64,000 nt of DNA from Peptococcaceae bacterium (lineage in GTDB: Bacteria > Bacillota > Dehalobacteriia > UBA4068 > JAAVYR01): the NCBI GenBank assembly GCA_022791255.1, contig JAAVYR010000003.1, positions 14,634 to 78,633 of the forward strand, given 5' to 3'. The translations under genes and the position numbers were made by a program. Below, piece after piece: positions 1-9,581 of the stretch. A model generated the notes under the pieces. It worked only from the letters and a program-made list of their open reading frames with translations. It had not been told where the DNA came from and made no database searches. The first letter of the stretch is position 1; each line of letters opens with the position of its first letter.

Positions 1-610
1 TGATTTCCACATGATCAGTAGAGAGGAAACGATGACCACGGCTGTATTTTCCCGCCTTTACACCAGCTATCTCAATGGGCAAAATATCACTGCCCCATAA
101 AGCCACAATCCAACGGATAGGGCGAGCAAAGCGCATATCTAAGTCAGCCCAACGCATCGGCTTTGGAAAATAAATCTTTTGCACACAATCCATGAGCATT
201 TGGGGTAATAAGGCAGCAGTCGCCTTCCCTTCGCTATGCTTCATAGCATACACATAAGGCACCCCGTTTAATTCCTTCACAAATACATCGGAAGAAGCTA
301 CCCCTTGCCCCTTGCAGAAGCCTTCTAATGCTTTAGAAGGCTTGCCTTCTGCATCATAAGCGCTCTTTTCGGCTGGTCCTTTTACTTCTACAGAAATATC
401 TTCCTGCATCGTATCTAAATCCTGCACCAACAGAGCAAACCGTCTAGGCGTCCCCCAAACTTTTAAGTCGCTATAAGCAAGTCTTGCTTCGGCTAATCCT
501 TTAGAAATCATTTCTTTGATTTGACTGCAAGCAGAGTCCATGAAACGCACTGGGATTTCTTCGGTACCGATTTCAAATAATAAATTGCGTTTTTCTTTTG
601 CTGTTGTCAT
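1..610 (-). CDS. glyS: Glycine--tRNA ligase beta subunit (5' part; runs off the window start)
   Basis: Manual translation from ATG at 610 gives MTTAKEKRNLLFEIGTEEIPVRFM..., the GlyS N-terminal LLFEIGTEE(I/L)P motif; WGTPRR and WIVALMG-type motifs follow; directly downstream of glyQ. Not in the ORF track. Confidence 0.95.
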   Translation of the reverse strand, partial: MTTAKEKRNLLFEIGTEEIPVRFMDSACSQIKEMISKGLAEARLAYSDLKVWGTPRRFALLVQDLDTMQEDISVEVKGPAEKSAYDAEGKPSKALEGFCKGQGVASSDVFVKELNGVPYVYAMKHSEGKATAALLPQMLMDCVQKIYFPKPMRWADLDMRFARPIRWIVALWGSDILPIEIAGVKAGKYSRGHRFLSTDHVEI

Positions 611-611
611 C

Positions 612-1529
612 TTATTTCACCTCTTTCGGCAAATCCAAGCCCATTGCTTTCCGCTTCGCTGCATCTTTGATTAAAGGATAACCTAGCCGCTCCCGTTGCT
701 CCACATAGCCCTGAGCACAGACTTTCGCCAAATGCCGCACTCGGCCGATAAAGCTTTGCCGTTCTGTGACGCTGATAGCGCCTCTGGCATCTAACAAGTT
801 AAAGGTATGGGAACATTTCAACGCATAGTCGTAAGCAGGCTGCACTAATCCCTTATCTACCACCCGCAAAGCTTCCTTTTCATACATATTAAATAACTGG
901 AAGAGCATATCTGTGTCTGCTTCCGTAAAGTTATAATTGGAATAATCCACTTCATTTTGATGGAATACATCGCCGTAAGAGATACCGTCTACCCACTCAA
1001 TATCATAAACGCTATCCACTTTTTGGATGAACATGGCAAGACGCTCAATACCATAAGTTACTTCACCGCAAACAGGCTTACAGTCGATGCCGCCGCATTG
1101 TTGGAAATAAGTAAACTGCGTTACTTCCATACCATCGAGCCACACTTCCCAGCCTAAGCCCCATGCACCGAGAGTTGGCGACTCCCAGTTATCCTCTACA
1201 AAGCGGATATCATGCTCTTCTGTGCGAATGCCTAACGCTTCTAGGCTAGCAAGATATAATTCCTGGATATTATCGGGAGACGGCTTCAAAATCACCTGAT
1301 ATTGATAATAATGCTGTAAACGGTTAGGGTTTTCCCCATAACGGCCATCAGCAGGCCGACGAGAAGGCTCTACATAAGCCACATGCCAGGGCTCCGGCCC
1401 TAAGGCCCGCAGGAAGGTAGCAGGGTTCATCGTACCTGCCCCTTTTTCAATATCATAAGGTTGCAGAATAATGCAGCCAGCCTCTCCCCAAAATTTATTT
1501 AGGGTCAAAATCATTTCTTGAAAATTCAT
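612..1529 (-). CDS. glyQ: Glycine--tRNA ligase alpha subunit
   Basis: [41 protein letters not shown] and [16 protein letters not shown] motifs; start moved to ATG 1529 behind a GGAGGG RBS. Confidence 0.98.
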   Translation of the reverse strand: MNFQEMILTLNKFWGEAGCIILQPYDIEKGAGTMNPATFLRALGPEPWHVAYVEPSRRPADGRYGENPNRLQHYYQYQVILKPSPDNIQELYLASLEALGIRTEEHDIRFVEDNWESPTLGAWGLGWEVWLDGMEVTQFTYFQQCGGIDCKPVCGEVTYGIERLAMFIQKVDSVYDIEWVDGISYGDVFHQNEVDYSNYNFTEADTDMLFQLFNMYEKEALRVVDKGLVQPAYDYALKCSHTFNLLDARGAISVTERQSFIGRVRHLAKVCAQGYVEQRERLGYPLIKDAAKRKAMGLDLPKEVK

Positions 1530-1540
1530 CGTATCCCTCC

Positions 1541-1585
1541 AAAACAAAGCCACTTTCCCTTTACAAAGCAAGAAAAGGAAACGGC
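1541..1585 (-). terminator. Terminator-like hairpin inside the glyQ 5' leader (possible attenuator)
   Basis: Minus strand GCCGTTTCCTTTT...AAAGGGAAAGTGGC followed by TTTGTTTT, immediately before the RBS. Confidence 0.6.
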
Positions 1586-1646
1586 CTAATACCTGATATT
1601 CTCCGTATTCACTGGATAGCTAAATTACCTTTAAGTCTTACATTTA

Positions 1647-1675
1647 ATAATAACAAACTCCCAGGATACTGTCAA
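1647..1675 (-). promoter_or_regulatory. SigA-type promoter of glyQS
   Basis: TTGACA-17 nt-TATTAT on the minus strand. Confidence 0.8.
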
Positions 1676-1747
1676 TTATTCCCTAGAAAAACCTGCCCGC
1701 AAACACATAAGTAAGTAGGTAGATAATAGATAGATATAGATATAGAT

Positions 1748-1789
1748 AAGAAAAGCCCCTTTCCCTGGAATACAGCAGGAAAGAGGCTC
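1748..1789 (-). terminator. Intrinsic terminator after the DUF4342 gene
   Basis: Minus strand AGCCTCTTTCCTG...CAGGGAAAGGGGCT followed by TTTCTT. Confidence 0.7.
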
Positions 1790-1828
1790 ATCTCTGTTTT
1801 TTATCGATTTGATACTATTCGTCTTGTA

Positions 1829-2332
1829 CTATTGGTCACTACTTTGACTACCAGATTGATTACTATTTTGTTCAGCCATATTAGCTAATTCCATCACAAA
1901 ATTGTGGTCAGAAGAAAAAGTATTTCTGCGTTCTCCTTTTTTCTCTTCCTTCTTACCAGTAGGAGCCGCACCATTTACGGCGATTTCTAAGTTTACATCA
2001 TTTAAGAGAGCCGCGATACTCCCGACCGCACCAATCAGCGCAAAGCGAGGCAAAAGACAAGTCGCCGCCACACCTAAGATACCGGCAGCAGCAGGAATTT
2101 CTCCGATTTTTTCATCATCTTTCATGATTTGGATTTTTGTCTCTTTTGTCTTTTCTACCATTTGACTAATACCAAAATAGTTTTTGGGGCGTTGTTCTTT
2201 TTCTATGGCAATGATGGCCCGAATAACATCTTTATCATTCTTTAAAAGTGTTTCATAAGCCTCCCCATAGGAAACACCTGTACGGCGCGTTACTGCATCC
2301 AGGTCTTTCAGCATTCCATCCAGTTCTTCCAT
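1829..2332 (-). CDS. DUF4342-family protein (UBA/NAC-like N-terminus, hydrophobic C-terminal segment)
   Basis: DAVTRRTGVSYGEAYETL...DVIRAII N-terminus and IGEIPAAAG motif; usual position between recO and glyQ in Clostridia; ATG 2332 has a GGAG RBS. Confidence 0.75.
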   Translation of the reverse strand: MEELDGMLKDLDAVTRRTGVSYGEAYETLLKNDKDVIRAIIAIEKEQRPKNYFGISQMVEKTKETKIQIMKDDEKIGEIPAAAGILGVAATCLLPRFALIGAVGSIAALLNDVNLEIAVNGAAPTGKKEEKKGERRNTFSSDHNFVMELANMAEQNSNQSGSQSSDQ

Positions 2333-2364
2333 GTTTCTCACTCCAGACTATCCTTCTTTTTCTT

Positions 2365-2395
2365 TAGTAATACCCCAAAGTGAAGAAATTATTCA
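2365..2395 (-). promoter_or_regulatory. Putative forespore (SigG/SigF-type) promoter of the DUF4342 gene
   Basis: TGAATA-18 nt-ATTACTA (SigG consensus TGAATA-N17/18-CATACTA); also reads GAATA-N15-GGTATTACTA (SigF-like). Confidence 0.5.
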
Positions 2396-2442
2396 TTACG
2401 GTCATTCTGCGAAACAGGAGCCCCAAAGAAGCTTTTCATGAT

Positions 2443-3201
2443 TTAACCATCTATTTCTGGTAATAACTGCTGCAAAAGTCCTTTCGCCCTGCTAAATAAT
2501 TCAATATGATATTGCAGATAAACGCTTAAAGCCTGCTCCATTTCAGATTTTGCTGTTTTATTGATTTTTAAGTTAGGGAGTTGGGTCAGCGGCACTTGCA
2601 AGAGCTTTTCCATCATCAGTACCGTACCTGCATGGATCACAGGCAAAGAAGCGCCACTACCGCAGCTGCCACAAAGAATACCTCCTTTTACAGGAGAAAG
2701 GACAAAGCTGCTGTTTTGCACCCGTCTTCGACAATTGACACAACCGCCCAAATAGGGTCGGTACCCCAAAATACTCAAAAGCCGCAACTCAAAAAAACGC
2801 GCTGTCAGCTCTATATCCTGTCCTAATTCTAACAAAACCAATGCCGCCTGGAGCAGGTAATATAAGTCCGCATGGACTTTGTTTTCTTCTGTTGCCAACT
2901 GCACCAATTCCAAAAGATAAGAACCATAAGCAATTTTTCCTAAATCATCCCGCAAACCTAAATAAGGATTAATAATCGCGCTTTGGGTAATCATAGATAA
3001 ACCTTTCCCCGGAAGCACTGCAAACTCACTGCAGGTAAAAGGCTGCACTGCCCCACGCAGACTACTTTTTACTTTCCGAGCACCTTTGGCAATGGCAGAA
3101 AACTTCCCTCGCTCTTTGCTATAAACCGTTACCAAAAGGTCCGTTTCACTATATTCCCTTGTCCTAAGTACGATACCTTCTACATTGCTGGTGCTTGCCA
3201 T
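2443..3201 (-). CDS. recO: DNA repair protein RecO
   Basis: EGIVLRTREYSETD, GKFSAIAKGAR and CxxC...CxxC zinc motif; follows era. Confidence 0.95.
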   Translation of the reverse strand: MASTSNVEGIVLRTREYSETDLLVTVYSKERGKFSAIAKGARKVKSSLRGAVQPFTCSEFAVLPGKGLSMITQSAIINPYLGLRDDLGKIAYGSYLLELVQLATEENKVHADLYYLLQAALVLLELGQDIELTARFFELRLLSILGYRPYLGGCVNCRRRVQNSSFVLSPVKGGILCGSCGSGASLPVIHAGTVLMMEKLLQVPLTQLPNLKINKTAKSEMEQALSVYLQYHIELFSRAKGLLQQLLPEIDG

Positions 3202-3213
3202 AAGCTTACCCTC

Positions 3214-4107
3214 TTATTTTCGATGATCAAAGCCAAAGTTGCGCAGGCTGATTTCATTATCCCGCCAATCCGAACGAACCTTTACCCGCAACTCTAAAAA
3301 GACTTTCCCCTCTAATAAATCTTCAATATCTACCCGAGCCTTGCTGCCAATATCCCGCAGCATTTGCCCCTTTTTCCCGATAATGATACCCTTTTGAGAG
3401 TCTCGCTCCACATAGATGACTGCTTCTACATAAAAATTACCGTTTTCTCGTGCCTGTACAGCTGTTACTTCTACTGCTACCGCATGAGGCACTTCCTCTC
3501 TGGTAAGATAGAGCACCTTTTCCCGGATTAGCTCTGCAATGATAGCCCGTTCTGGCTGGTCAGTTACCATATCCTCCGGATAATATTGAGGCCCTTCCGG
3601 TAAATATTCCTGTATCAGGTTTAACAAACGGTCTACATTGGTCCCCGCAACAGCAGAGATAGGGATAATCTCCCGAAAATCCATTTTGTCTTTATACAAG
3701 TCAATAATCGGCAAAATATCCCCAGCAGACAGCAAATCTATTTTATTGATGAGCAAAAATACCGGACATTTCCGGTCTTTGATTTGATTAATGATAAATT
3801 GTTCCCCACTGCCAAAAGTAGAGGTCCCATCAATGAGATAAAGAATTACATCCACATCCTCCATAGCAGCAGTAGCTTCGCCTACCATATATTCTCCTAG
3901 CTTATGTTTGGGTTTATGGATACCTGGCGTATCGGTAAAGACAATCTGCATTTCTTCCGTGGTATAAAGCCCTAAGATTTTCTGCCGCGTCGTTTGGGGC
4001 TTATCAGAAGAAATAGCGATTTTCTGTTTTAAGATATGGTTCATCAAAGAAGATTTTCCTACATTCGGTCTGCCAATAATACTGACAAAGCCTGATTTAT
4101 ACCCCAC
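3214..4107 (-). CDS. era: GTPase Era
   Basis: GRPNVGKSS, PQTTR, DTPG, NKID and KH-domain GIIIGKKG motifs. Confidence 0.98.
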   Translation of the reverse strand: MGYKSGFVSIIGRPNVGKSSLMNHILKQKIAISSDKPQTTRQKILGLYTTEEMQIVFTDTPGIHKPKHKLGEYMVGEATAAMEDVDVILYLIDGTSTFGSGEQFIINQIKDRKCPVFLLINKIDLLSAGDILPIIDLYKDKMDFREIIPISAVAGTNVDRLLNLIQEYLPEGPQYYPEDMVTDQPERAIIAELIREKVLYLTREEVPHAVAVEVTAVQARENGNFYVEAVIYVERDSQKGIIIGKKGQMLRDIGSKARVDIEDLLEGKVFLELRVKVRSDWRDNEISLRNFGFDHRK

Positions 4108-4143
4108 AAATAATCCCTCTCTTATCTTTTATTTTGATATGTA

Positions 4144-4632
4144 TTATCGAGTAAAGCCAAGGGCAGCAAGAGCAGCCTCCTGTTTCCCCAGCATGACAGT
4201 TTCCTCTTCTGGCGTCTGATGGTCATACCCTAGAAGATGTAATAGACCATGACTAAAGAGGAAGAGGACTTCCCGTTCTTTGCTATGGCCATATTCTTCA
4301 CTCTGGGCGTCAGACTTCTCAGTAGAGATGATAATATCTCCCAACAGGTGTGGCTCTCCCGCTTCCGCAGATATCAGCACATCTGCTTCGTCCACCGTCT
4401 CATCCATAGCAAAGGAAAGTACATCCGTAGGCCGGTCTATTCCACGATATTCTTTATTTAGGCTATGGATTTCCTCGTTATTGGTAAAGTATAGACTAAT
4501 TTCCATTTTCTCTATTTCTGCTGCAGGATAGTCCTCAGCCTCAAGAATTTTTTGAGCGGTTTTGTAATAATTCGTTAGCATTATCTCCGAGGAGTGCCAT
4601 GTCGACTCCCTGCTGTCCATTATGATTTCCAC
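4144..4632 (-). CDS. ybeY: rRNA maturation endoribonuclease YbeY
   Basis: YRGIDRPTDVLSF and HGLLHLLGYDH motifs; start uncertain (GTG 4632, VEIIMD, chosen). Confidence 0.93.
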   Translation of the reverse strand: MEIIMDSRESTWHSSEIMLTNYYKTAQKILEAEDYPAAEIEKMEISLYFTNNEEIHSLNKEYRGIDRPTDVLSFAMDETVDEADVLISAEAGEPHLLGDIIISTEKSDAQSEEYGHSKEREVLFLFSHGLLHLLGYDHQTPEEETVMLGKQEAALAALGFTR

Positions 4633-6760
4633 TTTTTTCTTTGTTCCTTTCCATTTCCTTGATACGTTTTGCATAGTCTATCCGCTTATGCTGACTACCA
4701 GCTAAAACAAGGGTAAAGGTTTCCGCAATAATATCTAAATCCTTAAAGGTCAAATCGCATTCTTCCAGCTGCCCAGCATTGAGTTTTCCCTTGATGACCT
4801 CGCGGATTTTCCCTTCTATCTGCCCTTTGGTCGGTCCTTTTAAGGACTGGACAGCCGCCTGCACACTATCTGCCAACATAACGATGGCCGCTTCCTTCAT
4901 CTGCGGTTTCGGCCCAGGATAACAGAAATCACTTTTCTTTACTTCTTCCCCTTCCTCCGCACTCTCTAATGCCTTGTTATAGAAGAAAGAGGCAAGGTCC
5001 GTACCATGATGCTGTTCTAAAATATTAATAATCTCCTTGGGAAAGCTTAGCTCCCGCAACATATCTGCACCGTCTTTGACATGTGATACCAAAATCAATG
5101 TACTCAAAGTTGGCAATAACTTATCATGGGGGTTTTCCCCACCTTCTTGATTTTCGATGAAAAAGGAAGGCCGTTTTAATTTGCCCACATCATGGTAATA
5201 GGAAGCTACCCGAGCCAGAAGCGGGTCTGCACCAATAGCGTCCGCTGCCGCTTCCGCTAAATTCCCCACCAAGATGCAGTGATGGTAAGTCCCCGGTGCT
5301 TCTATCATCAGCTGTTTTAGAAGAGGATGATTAGAGTTAGAGAGCTCGATAAGCTTCCCTACAGTCGTAATGCGGAAGGCCCGTTCAAAGAAAGGCAGCG
5401 CCCCTGTCATGAAGATAGAAGAGACCACCCCGTTAATAAGACCAAACAACACCCCAAAGCCGATTAACACATAGCTTTGGTCATTCATGAGACCCAGGGC
5501 TGCAATAATCACCGCATTAGACAAGCCTACATAAAAACTAGACCCTACAAACTGACTACGAGAATTTACACTGCTAACCTGATAAATCCCCACCATACCG
5601 CCAACAATGGCTACAATGCCGCAATAAGGCTGGCCGCTTAAAATCAGCGTCATAAAAATCCCCATAATGGCCGTGATGAAAATCGCAATATCACTATTGA
5701 TTAACGCTGCAATCAACATGGAAAAAGCAGCTACCGGCACTAAATACCCACTAACAGAGGAAATATCCATTTGGTCCGAGATACTCAACCAGCTGCTGAT
5801 TTTAATCACCAATAAAAATAAGGTAAATAAGATGCCCAAGATAATCATATTGGCTTCACGGCGCACCACAGACTTTTTCTTATAAATGTAATAGATAATC
5901 AAAAGATAGGTGCAAGCAACTAACAAGAAGACCCCAACATATGTAATAAAGGGAGACTTGCTGCTTTGCAACCCCAAATATTGCATAGTTTCTACTTCTT
6001 CGGCTGTGACAATGCTGCCTTTGCTAAGGATTTTTTCTCCAGGCTTGACAGATATCACGATTGGCTTTACATCTGCCGTTACCTTTTCGATTTCTTCCAT
6101 GGTCGCAATGGCGTCATATACCAGATTTGGCTGGAAATCTATTGCCGCCACCAACCCGTTTAAGAGCCCTTTCCCCTGAGAAGAAAAAGAAGCAGCTGCA
6201 ATATCCTTGCTGATTTTATTAAGAGCGCTGTCAATCTGCTCCTCTGTCACCCCATCCTCAATGGCAGAACGGACAGAGATACGCAAGAAAGAGCGGAGCC
6301 GCTCTAAATCCCTATCAGAAAAGGCAAGAGCCGATATTCCTAAATCTTGTTTCTTCTGATCCATAAAGAGGCTTTTTACTGCAGTCTCTTTGGCTCCCTC
6401 TTCCAGCAACGTTTCATTATGGAGCACAGAAATCACCCCAGTAAAAAACTGGTCGATTTCATTTAAAATAGCATTATCCACCGCCTGGTCACGGAAAAAC
6501 TTCTGTCCCACTGTAGAGGCCGCTTTATTCTTTGCCTCTTGGGTACGGATATCACTGACAAATTGCGTTACCGCCCCGTTATAAAAAACATCATTCTGCG
6601 CTACGTCGCCAACTCTCACAGATACTTGCGTTGGATAAAAACCAACAGAAAGAATAACCGTGCCAATGAGAATGCAAAAAAGCCACCACATCACCGCACG
6701 CACTGCTTTGTTTTTCGGTATATTTTCTTTGGGCATTTCCAAACGAAATCCTTTAGCCAT
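4541..6760 (-). CDS. pgpH: 7TM-HD cyclic-di-AMP phosphodiesterase, PgpH-like
   Basis: Large extracellular domain, multiple TM helices, EAPGTYHH, YYHDVGK, HHGT and MLADS HD-domain motifs; between phoH and ybeY; ATG 6760 behind AGGAGG. Confidence 0.88.
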   Translation of the reverse strand: MAKGFRLEMPKENIPKNKAVRAVMWWLFCILIGTVILSVGFYPTQVSVRVGDVAQNDVFYNGAVTQFVSDIRTQEAKNKAASTVGQKFFRDQAVDNAILNEIDQFFTGVISVLHNETLLEEGAKETAVKSLFMDQKKQDLGISALAFSDRDLERLRSFLRISVRSAIEDGVTEEQIDSALNKISKDIAAASFSSQGKGLLNGLVAAIDFQPNLVYDAIATMEEIEKVTADVKPIVISVKPGEKILSKGSIVTAEEVETMQYLGLQSSKSPFITYVGVFLLVACTYLLIIYYIYKKKSVVRREANMIILGILFTLFLLVIKISSWLSISDQMDISSVSGYLVPVAAFSMLIAALINSDIAIFITAIMGIFMTLILSGQPYCGIVAIVGGMVGIYQVSSVNSRSQFVGSSFYVGLSNAVIIAALGLMNDQSYVLIGFGVLFGLINGVVSSIFMTGALPFFERAFRITTVGKLIELSNSNHPLLKQLMIEAPGTYHHCILVGNLAEAAADAIGADPLLARVASYYHDVGKLKRPSFFIENQEGGENPHDKLLPTLSTLILVSHVKDGADMLRELSFPKEIINILEQHHGTDLASFFYNKALESAEEGEEVKKSDFCYPGPKPQMKEAAIVMLADSVQAAVQSLKGPTKGQIEGKIREVIKGKLNAGQLEECDLTFKDLDIIAETFTLVLAGSQHKRIDYAKRIKEMERNKEKSGNHNGQQGVDMALLGDNANELLQNRSKNS

Positions 6761-6789
6761 AAAGCCTCCTAAATACCTCAAGATTGCCG

Positions 6790-7737
6790 CTACTTATGTT
6801 CTTCATAAGCAGCAATGATTTTTTCTACCAACGGATGCCGTACCACATCCACCTTGGTCAGATAAGAAAAGGCAATACCAGAAATATTTTTTAATTTCTG
6901 TTCCGCCTCAGCAAGCCCTGAAAAGTCACCCTTCGGTAAATCTATCTGGGTCACATCACCGGTAATCACTGCTTTAGACCCCATGCCAAGACGAGTTAAA
7001 AACATTTTCATTTGAGGAGAAGTGGTGTTTTGCGCTTCGTCTAGGATGATAAAAGCGTCTTCTAAAGTACGCCCCCGCATATAAGCCAAAGGCACCACTT
7101 CTACGATATTTCGTTCCATATACTTCCGCGCCATATCATAGCCGAGGATGTCGTCTAGGGCGTCATAGACAGGACGAAGATATGGATTTACCTTTTCCTG
7201 CAAATCCCCAGGTAAGAAGCCTAATTTTTCTCCGGCCTCCACTGCAGGACGAGCAAGGACGATACGACGCACTTCTTTATTTTTCAAAGCCTGTACCGCC
7301 ATGACAACTGCCAGATAAGTTTTCCCGGTACCGGCAGGCCCGATGCAAAAGGTCAGGTCGTTTTTGCGGATGTTTTCCAGATAGTCATATTGGCCTACTG
7401 TCTTCGCCCGCACCTGTTTCCCTTTGGCCGTTACCAAGATAGCATGGCTGAGCTTATCAGCGATTTTTTCTTCTGCTTCCACATTCATTTTTAGTCCATA
7501 GGCCACTGTAGCAGCCGTAATCTCCCCGCCTTTTGCTGCAATGTCAGCTAAATATTTTAATACCTGCTTACATTTAGCGACATTTTCAGCAGCGCCCAAG
7601 ATGGTAGCTTCCCCGCCTCTTACGACGATTTTTACATCCAGCTCCCGTTCTATAAGACGAATATGACTATCCTGCTCTCCCAGCACTTCTACAGCCTGTC
7701 CATTATCACTCAAAAGGATTTTTTCTTCTATTTCCAT
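6790..7737 (-). CDS. phoH: PhoH-family ATPase (PhoH/YbeZ)
   Basis: GPAGTGKT, RPAVEAGEKLGFLPG, YMRGRTL and DEAQN motifs. Confidence 0.95.
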   Translation of the reverse strand: MEIEEKILLSDNGQAVEVLGEQDSHIRLIERELDVKIVVRGGEATILGAAENVAKCKQVLKYLADIAAKGGEITAATVAYGLKMNVEAEEKIADKLSHAILVTAKGKQVRAKTVGQYDYLENIRKNDLTFCIGPAGTGKTYLAVVMAVQALKNKEVRRIVLARPAVEAGEKLGFLPGDLQEKVNPYLRPVYDALDDILGYDMARKYMERNIVEVVPLAYMRGRTLEDAFIILDEAQNTTSPQMKMFLTRLGMGSKAVITGDVTQIDLPKGDFSGLAEAEQKLKNISGIAFSYLTKVDVVRHPLVEKIIAAYEEHK

Positions 7738-7959
7738 CTATAAAAACAGAACCTCCATTGTTACATGTGTTACACAAAATCAACAGTAATACATTCTTAT
7801 ATCTTTCTCTATAGTATATCACAAATCCTGATGTTTTATGGCAAATCTTTTTGCAATATTAAAAATTAAAACAGGGATAAAAAGTATCTTTTAAAATTCT
7901 AGCTTTCCTTAAAAAACCCTTTTATTCCCTGCTTTCTTATTTGATTTATCATCAAATTT

Positions 7960-9234
7960 TTACTCTACCGGAGCAACATCCGCTCCATTCTCCCCATCCT
8001 CTTCTGTCTCTGGCAATAACTCTAATTGTACTTGGTCCTCAGGTGCCAAGGGTACGAAGACGCCGATATCCTCCCGTACCTCCAGCGTCACTTGCACCTG
8101 AAATAAATCTGGCCCTTTGGCGATAATACGCACATGCTCATTTAATACTTCAGCAGCAGCAGGTACTTTTTTCTGCGCTTCCATCTTTCCCCTGGCGATA
8201 GCCTCAGCCAACGCCTCCTCGCTACTGCGTTCCGTGGTCACAGCCTCCTCCTGGGCATAGGAAGTTATCACACCGCTAACAGGTAATTGCCATCGTCCCC
8301 ATATGGTCAAAGGGTACACCTGTTCTTCTTCATGACAAAGTTCATAAGGGGCCTCCTTCTTCCCCCACAGCAAGAGAGACTTACCTTGACCACGGCGTAA
8401 CGCAACACTGATTTCCTCTTCCCCTGTTAGTAGGGAGCTGGTCTCTATACGGCTGCACTCGCCAAAACCTTGATACCACACTCTTGCCTGGATAATAGCG
8501 TCTGCAGCCAGGCGCTGCTGTCCATTGTTTCCCCAGACTAAAGGCTGCCCAGCAATAACGGTACTGCCTTTTTCTACAGCAGCAGTACCCCGTCGCACGA
8601 GAATATGGTCCACCATACCATCCTTTTCAGCCAAGATATTGCCAAATAGCAAGTCGCTTTCTTCCTGGTCTGCCAACTTTCGCTCCACCACACTGATAAT
8701 AATCTTACCCCGTTCACTGCGAATGCCCACCCAGGACAGGGCTGATTGTTGCCGTAAAATATATTCCTCCGCCTCATGAAAATCCATAAACCAAGTAGAA
8801 CGATACGGCTGGATACCCTTTTCATCCGCAAGAGAAATAATCTCCTCAAAACGAACTGTAGTCAAAGGCTCTGGACTCTCCACCTCTACCTGTAACGGAA
8901 TAAAGGAAGCCATATAAACAACAACGGCAAAAAGAAAAGTCCCGATTACCAATGCTTGTCGCCGCTTCATCTTTAATATAAAAAGAGGCAGCCCACTTTT
9001 GCGATAAACTCGAAAATGACATTTACTCCGACGGGCTAAATGACGCAGTTTTCCCAGACTATACCAAGGAACTTTCGCCGTTACTAATTCTTCATTTTGC
9101 CAGCAAATTTCCCGAATTTCTATTTGTTCCTGCATGACCAAATTTAAGAATTTTTCAATACCATTACCACGAATATAAATTACCACGCTGCCATTAGCCC
9201 AGTGATAAAAATTTTTTTGATGAGAATGTTTCAT
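7960..9234 (-). CDS. yqfD: Sporulation protein YqfD (SpoIV family)
   Basis: IEKFLN N-terminus, one TM helix, GNILAEKDG and ARVWY motifs; follows yqfC. Confidence 0.88.
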   Translation of the reverse strand: MKHSHQKNFYHWANGSVVIYIRGNGIEKFLNLVMQEQIEIREICWQNEELVTAKVPWYSLGKLRHLARRSKCHFRVYRKSGLPLFILKMKRRQALVIGTFLFAVVVYMASFIPLQVEVESPEPLTTVRFEEIISLADEKGIQPYRSTWFMDFHEAEEYILRQQSALSWVGIRSERGKIIISVVERKLADQEESDLLFGNILAEKDGMVDHILVRRGTAAVEKGSTVIAGQPLVWGNNGQQRLAADAIIQARVWYQGFGECSRIETSSLLTGEEEISVALRRGQGKSLLLWGKKEAPYELCHEEEQVYPLTIWGRWQLPVSGVITSYAQEEAVTTERSSEEALAEAIARGKMEAQKKVPAAAEVLNEHVRIIAKGPDLFQVQVTLEVREDIGVFVPLAPEDQVQLELLPETEEDGENGADVAPVE

Positions 9235-9246
9235 TATAGCCCCCTA

Positions 9247-9552
9247 TTATAGCCCTGTTTCTAAATTCAATGCTTTGATTTCACCCTCAATAACCAGTTC
9301 TTCCCGACTCATCGTTTGCAGCATAAGACCACTGCCTGTTATCTCTACCCAACCGCCACCGATTTTAATACGAATGCGATTTAAATCATAATCAATGATG
9401 CCTTTGTGGTTTTCCACTGTCAGACAATAATTCCCTGTCATGGTAATTTTCGGGATATCTAATCCTACTTCAGCAGGTATTTCTAATGCATTGACCATCG
9501 CCCGCCGCAATGCCTGCTTCTTTGCACTGAACGGATGTTTCTTTTTATCCAT
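9247..9552 (-). CDS. yqfC: Sporulation protein YqfC (YabP/YqfC family)
   Basis: LEIPAEVGLDIPKITMTGN...VENHKGIIDY motif. Confidence 0.92.
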   Translation of the reverse strand: MDKKKHPFSAKKQALRRAMVNALEIPAEVGLDIPKITMTGNYCLTVENHKGIIDYDLNRIRIKIGGGWVEITGSGLMLQTMSREELVIEGEIKALNLETGL

Positions 9553-9581
9553 GCTATACCCCTCCTCTTATGGGTATTATC

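Noticed and set aside
1530-1646. T-box or glycine riboswitch upstream of glyQ
   Set aside because: No UGGNACC T-box bulge and the leader is too short. GGAGA and UCAGG words occur but only 3 nt apart, without the P2/P3 stems and CCGAAG core of a glycine aptamer.
1707-1750. AGAT/AGATAT simple repeat upstream of the glyQ promoter as a phase-variation or CRISPR-like element
   Set aside because: Short, degenerate low-complexity tract outside the promoter core, with no spacers.
2401-2433. Possible third REP copy (GTCATTCTG...AGAAGCT)
   Set aside because: Only the GTCATTCTG start matches; the central GAG...GCGA part and the closing stem are degenerate.
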